Assembly (NCBI GenBank): GCA_044892525.1
Contig: CM097885.1
Span: 47,369,727 to 47,433,726 of the forward strand
From: Schmidtea polychroa
Taxonomy: Eukaryota
Length of the DNA: 64,000 nt
Direction: 5' to 3'
Under the pieces are notes generated by a model. The model saw only the letters and a list, made by a program, of their open reading frames with translations. It was not told the DNA's origin and did no database searches. Positions 46,401 to 60,127 of the stretch are shown here, piece after piece. How positions within the stretch are numbered: position 1 is the first letter of the stretch; each line of letters starts with the position of its first letter. The translations under genes and the position numbers were made by a program.

Positions 46401-48804
46401 ATATTTTATAAAAATGTGATGTATCTCGCGAGTTGCGGTTTGACCGTCCCTGCTCTATTTAATGGAAGTTAATTTTGATTTTTAGCTTCATATTTTAAAA
46501 TCTTTGTTTTGCACTACCCATCGATATTGGCAATGTTTCAAGAATTTTTAACATCACGAAGAGCATTGACAATGAGATGTCAATAACAATTATTTAACAT
46601 TTTCTTGTTACCTGATAACGGAAATGTATTTCCAATGGCTATTTGTCAGCATATTTCAAGCATGTGAAATTTGACCCATAAATGAATTTATATCGACTTT
46701 ACTATTAAATTGTATAACGATCTCGATGACCTTATTACATCATATATGGGTTTCATACTTTATCTTTTAACTCTTTCTTGCCCAAATTATTTATTTTGGT
46801 ATTTTTAAGAAAAGTCGCGCGCCAAAGAATTTAAAACAATTCTGATAATAATAAACGTTATTTTGTTAAAATTAAGCTTAACTAATGAACTAAGTAACAC
46901 GTTGTACATGCTGGTACAATCACAAATGCTCAAAATGTTAGCCATTTGCGTTGATGTACAATTCCAGTCGATGTTCAAAATTTCCATAAACTTTATCAAG
47001 TAAGTCGCTGTTTCCATCCATGTGAATGCAGCCACGAATTATCTGTTGGCGAATATTGGCAATTCTTGTAGAGTATACTATTTGTTTGAGGTGGCCCCAA
47101 TAAAATAAAATTTTGGTGACAATTCGTTCGATCAAATATTCAAAATTAACATTCAGCCAATTTCACACAATCGTCGAATAATGCGGAGGGGCGCCATCAT
47201 GTGTAAACCAAAGCGGTTTTCCTTCAAATCATACTTCACGCGCGACTTATGGCCTACCCTGTATATAGTATATTATAGTATATGCAAAAATATTTTTTGT
47301 TTAATTTTATTCCTGTTTTATCGATTAGCCAATGATATGTCGGGAAAAGACAATCCCATCGGTCTTATTAGGGCAAACCCAAAGTGGGAATACGTATCCC
47401 ACTGGGTAATGAATAAACTCCCAAATGGTGAACAGTAACGACGTGACCTTTGTACATATCATTTATAAGTCATCTGTGCTATTTTTAACTTTTGCATTTG
47501 CAATCACAATCAATAAAGCACAAGGGTAATAGCTAAAGCGTTTCTCACACGGACAACTGCATGTGGGAATGTCAAGGTCGAAAATTCCCTCTATATTGTT
47601 CATAATCATTTAAATCCATTTATTTTGCAAAATATTTTTTAATAAAAAATATTTAATTAGTGTCCTCACTACAGGAAAATTTTTGTAGTTTTATTTTATT
47701 CAACCCGTGCTAATTCAATTTTAAAAATATCATAAAAGTTTTTATTAATTATTATTTTATTATTATTTATTAGGGTTATCTTATGGTCGAAATTTTTTTC
47801 TTTTGTATTAAATACATTATTCGCAGCAAAAGGCTTAAATTATCATTTAATTGTTTTAAAATTTAATTAATTTTACTACCATGGAATAATCACTTCATAT
47901 ATTATTATAAATTTTATTATTATCATTTTATTATTTATCATTTTTATTATTATTGTAATATATTTATATATTTTTTTTATTTATTATTAATCTTATTATT
48001 ATTTATTTTTTTGTTTTATTTATTATTATTTATTTTATTAATTTTATTATTTTATTATTTATCATTTTTATTATTATTGTAGTATTATATTTTTTTATTT
48101 ATTATTATTAATCTTTTTCTTATTATTATTATTTTTATTTTTACAATTATATATTATTTTATTATTATTTATCATTATTATTAATTTTATCTTTATTATT
48201 AATATTACTATAAGTCAATCGAATAATAAATAACAGAATAGTGCATTGTAGATGAATAATATTGTGGGAGAATATAGTGGTCGGCTTGATTCAGCTGGCA
48301 AAATATTTGAGCGTAAATTAAATCAAATGACACCTATAGTCAAACTGCAAAAAGAGCAGCTTGAAACTATTTTAAAGCGAGTAGAAACTCTGAAAGACAA
48401 ATCAGAAAAAGTTTCAAAGCGTTATAAAAGGGCATTTTCTCGTCAGCAACATTTATTACAGAGGCTGAATAATTGTTCTCATAAGATTTGTGGTAAATTC
48501 ATTTCCTTAAAATATCCAAGAGTGACATTAGGAATTTGTAGAAATAAACGGAGTTGCTCTGAAAGCAGACAGAGATTCAGACAATACAATTACCAATGTT
48601 CACAAACGTTTATCATCGATGAAAGCCTTGTTGAGAAGTTGTGAGTTGAGGTATGCACAAACTATCGATATTGTTATTAATGAAGAATCGAAAACCTGCG
48701 AATTACCATCTCCTGTTGTCGAGAGTATTAACGACCTTTTAAAACAAGAGAACGAAAACATAGAACTGTTAATTGAGGATATTAAAGGTTTAATGAAAAA
48801 ATAA
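43459..48804 (+). CDS. NUP88: Nuclear pore complex protein Nup88-like, 6 exons, about 642 aa
   Basis: Exons 43459-43582, 43629-43846, 43890-44172, 44222-45021, 48252-48492, 48542-48804; all GT-AG and phase-compatible. Motifs VKWYP, CDFG, FILKDSGEVYL, PPSVDNYQDDFTSI, VYETISIE, PRYFLLHSGGIQSCILPW, and a C-terminal coiled-coil-like region. Confidence 0.85.
45578..45632 (+). repeat. Partial copy (3' part) of the hammerhead-associated dispersed repeat
   Basis: AATTCGTGAATATCAAAAACATCGATATATTCATAGTCATCAAGCTTTT matches 40323-40355 and the reverse complement of 30610-30665. Confidence 0.7.
45710..46320 (-). mobile_element. hAT terminus plus transposase C-terminal remnant in the Nup88 intron
   Basis: CAGGGGTGGCCA..GGGCCACA terminus near 45710; minus-strand LIDxLQ..SAFGSTY..FSKM..ITDANLQHQLR. 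Confidence 0.6.
46805..47261 (-). mobile_element. Tc1/mariner (rosa/DD41D-like) remnant
   Basis: FYWGHLKQIVY..RLELYINANG*HFEHL. The terminus reads TA-CAGGGTAGGCCATAAGTCGCGCG on the minus strand, with a matching AAGTCGCGCG at about 46812. Confidence 0.65.
47772..47895 (+). repeat. Truncated third copy of the Penelope pseudo-LTR
   Basis: TATCTTATGGTCGAAATTTTTTTC..ATTAAATACATTATTCGCAGCAAAAGGCTTAAATTATCA matches 32757-32830, and is embedded in ATT-rich low-complexity DNA. Confidence 0.8.
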
Positions 48805-49508
48805 AATTTTTGACTTGTCTTAATATTCAGAAAATTTCTGTTAAAATCAGCTTGTATTCTGATATCGCCAGTTTGCATGTATATTTACTACGTTTTCTTA
48901 TTTTATATTTGGTTGAGTTTATTATAATAATAAGATTTTGAAATTTAGATTTATGGCGATATTTAAATGGATACAGTCAATGATAGAGTCGCGTTGTCTC
49001 ATTAGCTGTGGATCCAGCTCGTACTGCATAATATTTCCTTTCATCGATAGTCTCCTGTTGCTAATAATATTGGTCCTGTGTGGCTAACAGATAGTTGTCA
49101 GGGAAAGGTGATGCAATATTTAGGAATGTGTCACGTCCTAAACAATTTGTCTCTCTGACAGAAATATTGGGGTTGGGATGGCCTAAAGTAACGGCAATTA
49201 TGGGCTAAATTGATATAGATAAAATATTTTTAGCATTTAATAAGTACTGAAAATAGAATTTTGAAAAAATAAAATTAAAAATATTTACTTTTAATAGGTA
49301 TATAACATAAATATAGTTGTTTCTGCTGATTTTTGCCTCGCGCCTGTGCGCGTTAAAATAGTTCTTTCGTGTGTGTGTGCGCACACAAACACGGACAAAG
49401 GTTTTTATTCTCGAAAAAATGGAATTTGAATCAAAAATGTCAACGGATGTTTATTTTAAATTTGATAATGAAGATGAAAAAGATCGAATGCTGAAAAGAA
49501 AGTACATC

Positions 49509-52500
49509 CAGCGCCGGCTCTAGCATTAGTAGCGCCCCGATGCGAAACTCATTTTAGACGCCCATTTATTTTATTGGTTTTTTGGAATTAACGTAATTTA
49601 ATTGGCAATATTAAATTTGTAATAAAAACATTAAAAAATTAATAATAATTCTTTTCCAAGTGAAATACAGGTTTTATTTTGTTTATATATTTTTTTATTT
49701 TATTGAAACAATATTATAATATACAAAAATTACATAACATACATATATTTTGTATAAAAATTGACAAAACTATTATTCTAGATATTTACTTTTCTAGCTT
49801 TTAAACTGGCAAATTCATCAATTAAATTATGTATATCTAATTTGTCGCATATATCACTTTCAATCGATATCATTGCTAAACCAACTCATCTTTCTTGTGA
49901 AATTGTTGATCTTAAATAATTTTTAATTAGTTTAAGCTTCGAAAAAGATCGTTCTCCGCTAGCAACTGAAACTGGTAAAGTTAAAAATATTTTAATAGCA
50001 ATTACAAAATTGGGAAAAATGGAATCCAGTAGATTTTTATATATATATTGCAAGATGTTTAGTGGGTTTTCAAAGTCTTTCAAAAATTCCTTTGCTATTT
50101 TTATTTCATTAAATAATTCTGTTGCAGATATATCTTTTTTCTCGCCATCGGTTAGCATTATTTCTAAATCAGAACAATGTTTTTTTAATGTATTATCATC
50201 CATTTTGTTAATTTCTTTTATATTATGTATAAATTCAAATTTTTCACTATATTTTGTGAAAAGATTAAACCTTTCTTTTAAAGAATTGATAGTAATATCT
50301 AAAATTGGCAGAAAAAATGATATTTTATATTTAAGTATCGGATCAACTGGCGTTTCGTCTACAGATTCATAACCAAAAATTTTTTTCTTTCTTCTTCGTA
50401 ACGTATTATCTTTGAATTTCGCAGGTATTTCTAAATCAGCTGCTATATTTTCTGCCGTTTGAAGAATAAGATTAAAATTTTCATCGGATCTATATTCTTC
50501 AATAAATTTAATAAGACTATTTAACGCAACTGAAGAAACATTTAAGTTTTGATTTGGATTTTGGAGCAGTTTACTAACAACGTTAACTTTACTTAAAACA
50601 TCGTACCAAATAACCACTGAACATATAAATTCATACTCTTTTATTTTGAAAGCCACAGCCTTAGCTTCATGCTTTGTATTATTATCTATTTCTAGGTTTT
50701 CATAAATGTCAACTAAAGCATCTAAAATTTCAGCTATTTCAAACCTAAGTGGACGAAGAGCATCGACTCTTGATTCCCACCTGGTGGCTGACAAAGGTTT
50801 TACTGTAATTTTAGTATTTTTTTTTAAGAACTCCCATCGTTTTGTTGAAGCGCTAAAGAAATTATAAATTGTTTGAATAGTGGAAAAGAAACTAAATGAT
50901 TCTGTGTTAATTTTGGCTGCATCATTCACTACTAAATTAAGTGTATGTGCAGCACATGGGACGAAAAATGCACGAGAATTCAAATTTAAAATACGTTTTT
51001 GGACCCCATTATATTTCCCATGCATATTTGCGCCATTATCGTAACCTTGTCCACGTAGATCATTAATATTCAAACCTAAATCTTTAATGTTGTCAATAAG
51101 ATAAGTTGCTAAACCTTTTCCTGTGGAGTCAGATACTTTTAAAAATCCCAAAAAATGTTCGCTTATTGCAACTTCATTATTTTCATCTTTATTGACAAAT
51201 CTGGCTATAAATGTCATTTGTTCGTTATGACTAATATCAGGAGTGCAATCTAATATTAGAGAAAAATATTTGGCATTAACTATCATTTGAATAATATTTT
51301 GCAAAATTTTCGAAGAGATCAACGATATTATTTCATTTTGTATAGTTTTGCCTAAATAATGAACTGTTTGTGTCTCCTTTTTTTGTATCTTTGCTAAATG
51401 ATTTGCTATTACTATGTCAAATTTAGAAAAAAGTTCTACAAATTTTAAAAAGTTACCGTTATTTTTTTCATAGATAGTATCTGACGAGCCACGCAGAGAC
51501 AGGCATTGTCTGGCAAGATATTTTATGATTTCGACAATTCTCTCCAAAACAGCGTACCAATGTTTCTTTTCAACTGCGTATACTTTTACGAGTTCAGCAT
51601 CTATTGTAGTTAAGTTGTTCATTTTCTTTTTTAATTGAGTCCACTTTAAAAAACAATTAACATGTAATGTACTAACTTCATGAGCTGCAAGTGTTTTTGA
51701 CAAATTTCTCCAGCAACTAAAACCATTTATAATCAAATGCGGTTTCCTTCTATTTGATTTATAAACAATTTACAACAAAAACAGAAAACACGGTTTGCTG
51801 AACTTGAATAAACTTACCATGATCTTGGTATAATTTCATTATTAGGTAATTTACGATTGTAATAATAATTAGTAAAACTTCGTCCATCATCATCACGGGG
51901 ATAAACTTCTTTCCTTATTTGCATTGGTCCTTGCTCAATAATAATTTTTCTAATTTTATCATTAATAAATTTAGGCCAAGTTGCGGGATCAATTGAATGA
52001 AAATCAGCACTATTACTTATAGTTTCAGTTAAATGTATGGTTTGAAGCTCTTTGTTAGATGAAGATGTTATTTCTGTTTGTAAATTTATAGATTGTGTCT
52101 CATTAGTGGCATTATTTCTAACTTCACCATTTGTGCTATCCTCTGGAATAATCTGATCATCCGTTAACGTTATTGGAGGTATTGTCAAATTTGCTTTTTT
52201 TAAATATTGGTTAAGGCTTCCCTGATTTTTTTGTTCCTCCAACTCTCTCTTCGCTTTTCGTTTTCGATTTTCACACCCGGATAATTTTGTCTTTGAATTC
52301 ATATTTTATGATATAGGTAAGCTAATAAAAAATTTTTTAATTAAAAAAATATAAATTTTAGAAGTAAAGATAAAAATAATTAAATAATACCTACCACCGT
52401 ACAATGATTCAATTCCGCAAAATAACTAATGTACTGAAACAAAACACTTTTTTACTATTAAACTGTACTGAACACTTTTTTATTTTACTATTAAAATTTT

Positions 52501-52909
52501 AATATTAAATTTTTTTTTTATTAGCGAAAAAAGTTTACCAAATAACAACTGAACTGATTGAAAACTGAATAGAACTGGTAGACTTTTAAAATAATTTTTT
52601 TAGCATTAATTTTTTTAATCGAAATAACTAAACCGAATATAGCAGGCCGTTTCAAAATAAATTTATGCATGTATAATTTATTTTGTTTTGCGAAATAATT
52701 AAACAATTCTTAAACACTTCGAAAACTAGTAGGCCAGTAGTTTTTCAAGGAAATTTTATTTAAAAAAAAAAATTCTTATTAAAAAAAAATTTGTTAATGG
52801 TTTTTTTGTTAAATATTAAAAAGAAACTAAAATTCTAAATTTTTTAGCGCCCTTTCCGAGAGGCGCCCCGATGCTTTGCATCCACCGCTTCCAACTAAAG
52901 CCGGCCCTG
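49509..52909 (-). mobile_element. hAT (Tip100/ZMYM1-like) DNA transposon, full length
   Basis: TIRs CAGCGCCGGCTCTAG and CTAAAGCCGGCCCTG. Exact TSD AGTACATC (49501-49508, 52910-52917). Subterminal GCGCCCCGATGC at both ends. Confidence 0.95.
49778..52302 (-). pseudogene. ZMYM1-like hAT transposase with three disablements
   Basis: TTF-type region (SW*VYS..VFCFCCKLF), NNGNFL, FSLILDCTPD, GQGYDNGANM, PCAAHTLNL, TRWESR, SVASGERSFSKLKLIK. Stops at 51814-51816 and 49886-49888, a frameshift near 51740, native end ARKVNI* at 49778. Confidence 0.9.
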
Positions 52910-53497
52910 AGTACATCACTGAGTTAATGGAACAAGTGGAGAGGAAGTTATGAAGAAACAGATAGTTTTTTAGTGTAGAAGGATATCAATCACTACTTAA
53001 AGAATGTAGCTTGTCACTAACTTTTGATAATGACGTCTTTGAGGAATCTCATTCTACTCCATTTGTCAAGTACAAAGCGTCGACTAGTAAATTGACAGAC
53101 ATTATTGATGAATTCTTTGAAAATCTATTGATGAAAGATTCGTATCGCCTTTCTATGAAATTATTAAATTAGTTGTTCAATGTCTAAATGATGCCAATAC
53201 TGTCGTTCGAAACAAACGTAATGGAATATTTACGAAGATTGGATATATTATATATATTGGATATAATATGCCATTAGAAACTGATGATGAGGAGAAAATT
53301 CGATAGGGTCATGTTATATTTGAATTTGTCTCTTTGTAATTTGAAATTAAACCGGGGACCATCTGAAATCAAATATTGCAATACGTTGCTTGCTAAGCAG
53401 CCGATGAATGAAAAAGCCTTTTTATCGAAAAGGAAAGGGTCTGATGATTATTGGAGAATCTGAAGCTGGTATTTCAAAAAATAGTCGAACTCTAGAG

Positions 53498-53999
53498 CAG
53501 TGATTCTCAACCTTTTTTTGTTGCGGCACACTTAACGATTTCAAAATTTTGGGGCACACAAAGAAAAGGGATAAGTTTAAAAATTATTTACTTACCTATA
53601 ACACACTGCGTAAAATAGTTTATGATAAAAATTTTAAATGTGCGAAATAAAATAATATATACTAAAAAATAACAAAACTTTTATTAAGGATTAATTAAAA
53701 GTTACTAGTAAAAATACTTTTAATGGAAAATTTGAGCTTGATGTTTTATGATAATTTCTTTAAAATATGAACTAATTGTATCAAAAATACGTTTGCCTGT
53801 TATAAAATCAGTTAACTCCCGACAACATAAAAATTGATTAATTATATCATTTTGGTGAATAAATCTCACGAATGCAATTACTTGAGCTTTCCCTGTAATG
53901 TCTGTTTTTTCGTCGATTTGTTGAGCAAAATTTGAATTTGCAAGAGTTTCGATATATTATATATCTAAAATTTTGCGGCACAGTGGTTGAGAATCACTG
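53498..53999 (-). mobile_element. Internally deleted Buster-type hAT element (502 bp)
   Basis: TIR CAGTGATTCTCAACC at both ends. Exact TSD CTCTAGAG (53490-53497, 54000-54007). Retains QIDEKTDITGKAQVIAFVRF and a C-terminal AQIFH*. Confidence 0.92.
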
Positions 54000-54372
54000 C
54001 TCTAGAGCATGGTTTGTTAGCTTATACATTTGGAGTCAAGCAAATGATAGTTGATGTAAATAAAATTTTGATTCGTGCTTCATTTGAATTTGATTTGTTC
54101 AATAGTAATTTTCAATAAACAGGATACTAAAAAATAGTAATTATTTAATTACTAAAAATAATATTGATAAAATAAATTTAATATAAATAGTGATAAAATT
54201 TTAGCAAAAGAGACAAATATAAATAGTGATTTTTTTAGACTTTAAATCTTTAGACTTTAAAATCTTTGACAACATTGCTTTTGACTCATTGAGTGGTTTA
54301 ACAGTAGTAAGGTATGGTTATATATAAGAGAGTTGATCAGAAATCAAGATAGAAAAATAATAATAATAGATA

Positions 54373-55315
54373 TGTTGGGTTATTGAGTTATAAAATTATT
54401 TAATTTTAAATGTTACTCTGACTCCAAGCGTGTCTTTATACGATTCACAAATAACACTTGATAACAGAAATCTTTATTGATAATCACAAATAAACTTTCA
54501 CTTGACACTGACAATAAATTCAACACTCTGCTTGGTGACTATACAATGCTTATTACAACACTCGGTGAGGAATAGCACTTGCGTATAACACCGAATTAAA
54601 AGATCACAAATTACTGATTGGTTTCTAAACTGGGACTTTGAGTTGGTTGTTTTCTTTGACCTTCTTCACAACTTTATTCAAATAATCAAATAACTTCTTT
54701 TCGTTTTATTTTTCAACTAATTCCTTTCTTCAACTCTTCTCCAATAATTATTCTCCACAATTATTTCCTTTACAATTATTTTTCACAATCGTTTCTCCAA
54801 CAACGTTTTGTCCAACGTTGTCTAATTTTCTCCAATAATTTTATCTCTCAAATCGTCTTCCAAATTGTCTCAATTTCGCGTCACTTATGTCTCTAATTTT
54901 GTTCTCATTTAATGTCCACCAGTTTCCCTTATATAGTTCGCTTCTCTTGTGGCACTCTAGATAATCAAGTGTTTTTCCGCTTTCTTCTCCTACTTTCCAC
55001 GACTGTCCCATTTTTATCTCTGACAGCTGTCAAGTTGTTTTCCCTTTTTCCTTTTTTGTTTAACCGCCTTCTCCCATTAATTCTGTTATCACTGGCAAGC
55101 TGTCGAGATAAGGATATTGTTGTTTTCCTTTTTCCCCGATTTCAAAATTCCTTTTCCTTTTTGTACTAATTAACTAGTACTGACCTTAGTTTTTATTTTC
55201 CTGTTTGATAATTTTTATTTCCTTTATCTTTCTTATTTTTAATTTCGTTTTACTTCCGTTTTCTTTTCTGAGTTCCCATAGATCGTCCCGTTTGTCATGG
55301 CGATCTTCCCCCAGG
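54373..55315 (-). mobile_element. Possible orphan LTR
   Basis: On the minus strand a purine tract (GGGGGAAGA) precedes about 930 bp of strand-asymmetric sequence with AATAAA near the end and a terminal CA. No partner LTR is present in the window. Confidence 0.35.
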
Positions 55316-55479
55316 TAATTTTATTTATTTCTTTATAAATTGTTATTTAGGTATCCTCAGCAATTGTAGTAAAGGTCAGGAGACGATGCGCATCTTAAAT
55401 ATTTGGATATCTAACACCTATCTAGTTGATAACGACGAGAAAACAATGGCAAACCGATCGGATCAGTACCTATTTATGG

Positions 55480-57440
55480 TATAATTCAGTTAAATAAAGC
55501 GAAAGTGTGTGCTGCATTTGACTTTAGGAGTATCAATAACTATACTGATGTATAAAGTGATATCTGTTCTGAAAAAATACTATCATGGAGATGTTTAAGT
55601 AAAGAATTTGCAATGTTAGATTTATCTGATGTATATATGCAAATACACGTGGATAAAAGCATATGGCGATATCAATCTTGTATGGTTATTGGGCAGAAAT
55701 ATGCGTTTTGTGATTTGGATTGAATATCGCGCCATCGATAATAACAGAGATTGTGAATAATGTATTGAACAACAATGAATTAATCAAGAATAGCACAAGT
55801 TCATACATAGACGATATATTCGTAGTTGAATCTAAAGTTAAATCAAGTAAAGTAAGTGCAGAAATGCGTAAATTTGGTTTGATATGTAAAGAAGAAGAAA
55901 TGGTCAGTGATACTCTCAGTTGTGTTATATCCAAATGATTTCTTTTTAAAGTAACAAATCAGTTATGGCACTAAATCCGCATTCAGCTAAATATGAAGAA
56001 GGAAACGGTAATAATAGTTTTCTTCCACATTCTGTTGCGCTTGGATATTTCATTTTGGTCTCTTCAAAAAACCATGCCATCGATCCTTTCATACTAAATA
56101 AAGGTTTAAATGACTCGTCACTGTATTTCTGCTAATTCTTCTTGGTACTGCATATTTGAAATATGAGATAAATTAACTGACATCGGCTGCATCACCCAAG
56201 TTGGAAAATCGATTTCTTTCAAATCGGAAAATCTTCCTTTTAAATTAGCTGATAAGTTTTTTAGATGCTCGACAATATTAATATAGTGATGTCAGTTACT
56301 TCACATTTTTGAAGCCAATGAAACTTTTCAAATTTTTTTTGGTAAACTTCTTTTTCAAATAATTCAATAGATGTAATAAAACCAAATATCTTCGCTTTTG
56401 CATCGACAAGAGTTTTATTTTTTCCTTGAAGTTCCTTATTTAATATATTTAGTTTTTCAAAAATATCGTTTAAATAACTCAAATATGCCTTAGAATCGAT
56501 CGTTAACAGATATTGCATTTTAGGTTTGTCGCTTAAAAATCACTAAGAGTATCAAACAGTTCCATAAATCTTTTTAAACCGTTCCCTTTCTAGAGCCATC
56601 TTACCTCAGTGTGAAGTAAAAGTCTCACTAGGGTTTCATTGTTTTCTTCACAAAATAATTTTAAAATGCACTCTTGTTTTGCACTTGGTTTAATAGAATT
56701 AATACATTTTACAACCAAATTTTGTATTTTATTTAGAACAGGAGAAAGGTTTTTAGTTACCAAGTTTTCCCTGTGAATAACACAATGCACAAGTAGCATG
56801 TCTGGATTTTCATCTTTCATCAGTTTTAAGCAACCATTTTTTACCCATCATATTCGGAGCACCATCAGCAGCACAAGACGTTATATTTTTCATCGGTATT
56901 TTATTCTCATCTAAGTAACTTTTTAGAGTACTATATATATATCTTTAGTGGTAGTGCTGCTTTTTAATGATTTGTAAAATAACATTTCTTCAGCAAAATC
57001 ATTATTATCAATATATCTTACATATGTAAGTAATACTGCTTCGCTGTCTCTCAATGTTGATTCGTCAATTTGCACCGAAAAAGTCTTGTTTTTAATTTTT
57101 CGATAAAGTGTATTTCAACATCTTTACTCATTTAGTCGATTCTTCTGCTGACAGTATTGTCACTTAGTGGCATGGTTTTCACGTCTTTGTCATCTTTTCC
57201 CAAAACAGTTTTAACAAAATCCATTTTTTCCATTGCCCCCTGAAAATATCCTGCACCCTACGTTGGGAAACACTGATCTAGAGTCATATTTAGATATAAC
57301 TCAAAACTGAATATGCCAAGCTACAATAAAAAAGAGATAATAATCGAAGCAAAATTTTATGCTCGTGACTCAGTTTGGATAAAACCGAATTTGAATAAAA
57401 AATGCATAGAAATATGGAAAGACGGACATAGCATAACTTC
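55480..57440 (+). mobile_element. Ty3/Gypsy RT and integrase-end remnant interrupted by a hAT
   Basis: FDFRSIN, LDLSDVYMQI, FGLNIAPSI and SSYIDDIFV (55500-55900); DSVWIKP..CIEIWKDG (57360-57430). Confidence 0.7.
55903..57275 (-). mobile_element. Degenerate Buster/ZBED5-type hAT
   Basis: MPLSDNTVSRRI, SVQIDEST, AADGAPNM, HCVIHRENL, LLLHTEVRWL. One terminus GTTGGGAAACACTG (57275) followed by ATCTAGAG. Confidence 0.85.
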
Positions 57441-58155
57441 TATCATTGACTAAGTGCTCGATAAAGTCATAACAAGAAATCTACGCCGCTATATCCTAGC
57501 GACATAAGATAAACATGGAAATTGGCATCATCTATCTAAATTTGTCTTATTATTTCTTCCAATATCAACTTCATAAATTGATAGACTTGTCGAACAGTTG
57601 AAGCTGCGTTACCGAGAATTAGAAGCAAGTTCAAGTTGGAGAAGATTAAGGAATCAAAACATATCAATCAGATATTGCAAGAGCAAGCAATGTAGGATCA
57701 GATCCAGCTTGGGGCTTATAAATTAAGTGTCCAAAAACTGAGACCTAAAGTAATTTAAGGTCAAAACGAAGGAATATTTACAATCTTTAATCTAAGGAAA
57801 GAATCATTTGGACACAGAATAATTCTCACCAGGAGAAGACATTTTCTGTGTGCCCTCAACGTCGGTTCTGCCTCTACCAAAGGTAAACGTTAGTGCAAAC
57901 CTGTACGTGTCAAATGAATTTGTCGTCATGAGCAATGGGACAAACCCGAAAGATGGGCGAAACTTTAATTTTCCTTATTTTGGTTGATCTATAAGTTTTA
58001 GTATAATTCAATATTAAATTTATTCAAGAAATTTCTTTGTCCGTGAAAGGAGTTCGATTTATGCCATTAATCATACTATAGAGGTCAATCATACGAACCA
58101 TACTAATTAATATACTAATGAGGATATCCAGAAAATTATATGGATAGATATAAAG

Positions 58156-60127
58156 CAGGGGTCTCAAACTCAACTTGCTATGAGGGCCAATTTAGGACAA
58201 GAACACCAATTCGAGGGCCGCATCAAAATTTTTTATAGTACTATATTATACATAAAACAGTATATATAAATGCTTAACTAGTGAAATCATATATTTATTC
58301 AACTACTATACAACTAGTAGAATTATTGTTGTAGTTTTTGCACATTTTATTCCTAATATGACAGTTTTTTTATATTAAAGCACTGTAGCTATTTCTTGAG
58401 TCAATTAATTTTTATGACCACTTAATTGGCACCGTTTTGATTCAATTAAAGCTTCGATGTTTGGTTTAATTTCTTGTGGTGAAACCAGTCTAACTGTTGG
58501 TCGCAATTGTTTATCAGACAGCCTTGACCTTAACATAGATTTGTTAAACTTCATTGAAGAAAATCTGTTTACATATGTAGGAACTTCCAAAGATTTGGGA
58601 AATTTTTCTTTAGGAAGAAACCGATAAAATTCTGGAATGCCAACATCTACATACTTTTGCTTCAAAATCGTATCACATTGAAGATCAACTAATTTCATCT
58701 GCATGTCCTCTGCAACAATGTCAATTTCAACAGCAAATGGTGTTGTTAAAAGAGAAAATTGCGGTTCAAGCGCCCTGAAATCCTTAAACCGCACTTAAAA
58801 CTGTTGATGTAAGTTAGAAATTATATTTGTATACTCTTCCAGTGACTTGAATACAACAACTTCCAAGGAATTTTGAGTTGAAAAATGAATTAAGTTTCAT
58901 GCTGCTAAATGTTTTCCCCACAAAATCAGCTTAACTTTGAATGACTTAACGCTGTTCTACATTTCAGTTATCAATTGTTTTTTACCCTGATCAGTTAAAT
59001 CTGTTAGAAAAGCAAGATCACAGATAAAAGTGGGATCATTGAGCTATGGAACCTCTTTGTTCTTCATTTTCATAAAAGAGTCAATTTCTCCTCTGAGAGC
59101 AAAAAAACGCCTCAACACATTTTCACGACTGTGTCATCTAACTTTAGTGTGATACAAAATTTCGCCATATTCACTGCCCATACTTTCGAGAAATGAAACA
59201 AACTGTTTGTGATTCAGCCCTCGTGCGAGTAAAAAATTAACAGTCTTAACAATTTCATCTATGACATCCTTCATTTTTATACTTTTACTGCACAAGGCTT
59301 CTTGGTGAATGATACAGCGTATACTGCTAAAGTTAGTGTTAACTATATTGAGGCTATGTAGTATATTTTTCACTAATCCAACAACACCAATGTTTTGCGA
59401 ACACATTAATGGTGCACCGTCTGTAGCCAAAACACTGTTCTGTATCTGATACATCTTTACTTTCATCAAGAGCAATAGAGAATGCTTCAAAATCTTTTGC
59501 CATTTCAAACAACTTCGTTTGTACATTATCTGCTAAATCTGTAATCCTGCTAGCAACTGTATTGGCAGACAAACTTATACCTTCGAAAACGTTCTTCTTA
59601 CCAGGAATTAAAATTTCGCTAGCTTTCACAAGAAATTCTTTTATAAATGATCCCTCTGTTTAAGGTCGTGATGATTTAGCAATCACTTCACATAGCACAA
59701 AACTTGTCCTTGAATCTTCATTGGTTTAGTTGATGTTTGAGAAGAAATGTCTTTGCTTTGAGTTTCTGAACTTTTTCTTCTCTGATTTTTCCAGTAAACT
59801 CATCATACTTACCACGATGCATTGTGTCGTAATGCCTACGCATTTTATACTATTTAGAAACAGCAATCGTTTGCTGCAAATAAGGCATTGTATTTTATCG
59901 TTTAACTCCGTGAAAAAATATGAATTCTCACATTTCTCTTGAAAAATTCTTTTTTCTTCCATAAGTGTTCGTTTTTTTGCTCCGGATGTCATTTTTAATA
60001 AATCGTATTTTATTTTATATTATGAATGTTTTGTTGTTGATTAAATTTATAAATATATTAAGAATTTAAAATTTACATTTTTGTTAAATGTTAGGTGTTG
60101 TTGAGGGCCGCGTGTTTGAGACCCCTG
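58156..60127 (-). mobile_element. hAT (SPIN/Buster, GTF2IRD2-like) transposon with fragmented transposase
   Basis: TIR CAGGGGTCTCAAAC at both ends. Exact TSD ATATAAAG (58148-58155, 60128-60135). ORF pieces 59992 to 58405 with SIALDES, ATDGAP and CIIHQEALC. Confidence 0.94.

Noticed and set aside
48252..48804. Apparent frameshift between the two last Nup88 ORFs
   Set aside because: Resolved by a 49-nt GT-AG intron at 48493-48541.
50010..50372. Antisense ORFs overlapping transposase, pol or host exons (e.g. 3189-3431, 13286-13585, 33859-34203, 44700-44924)
   Set aside because: These are shadow frames of real coding sequence on the opposite strand, with no independent motifs.
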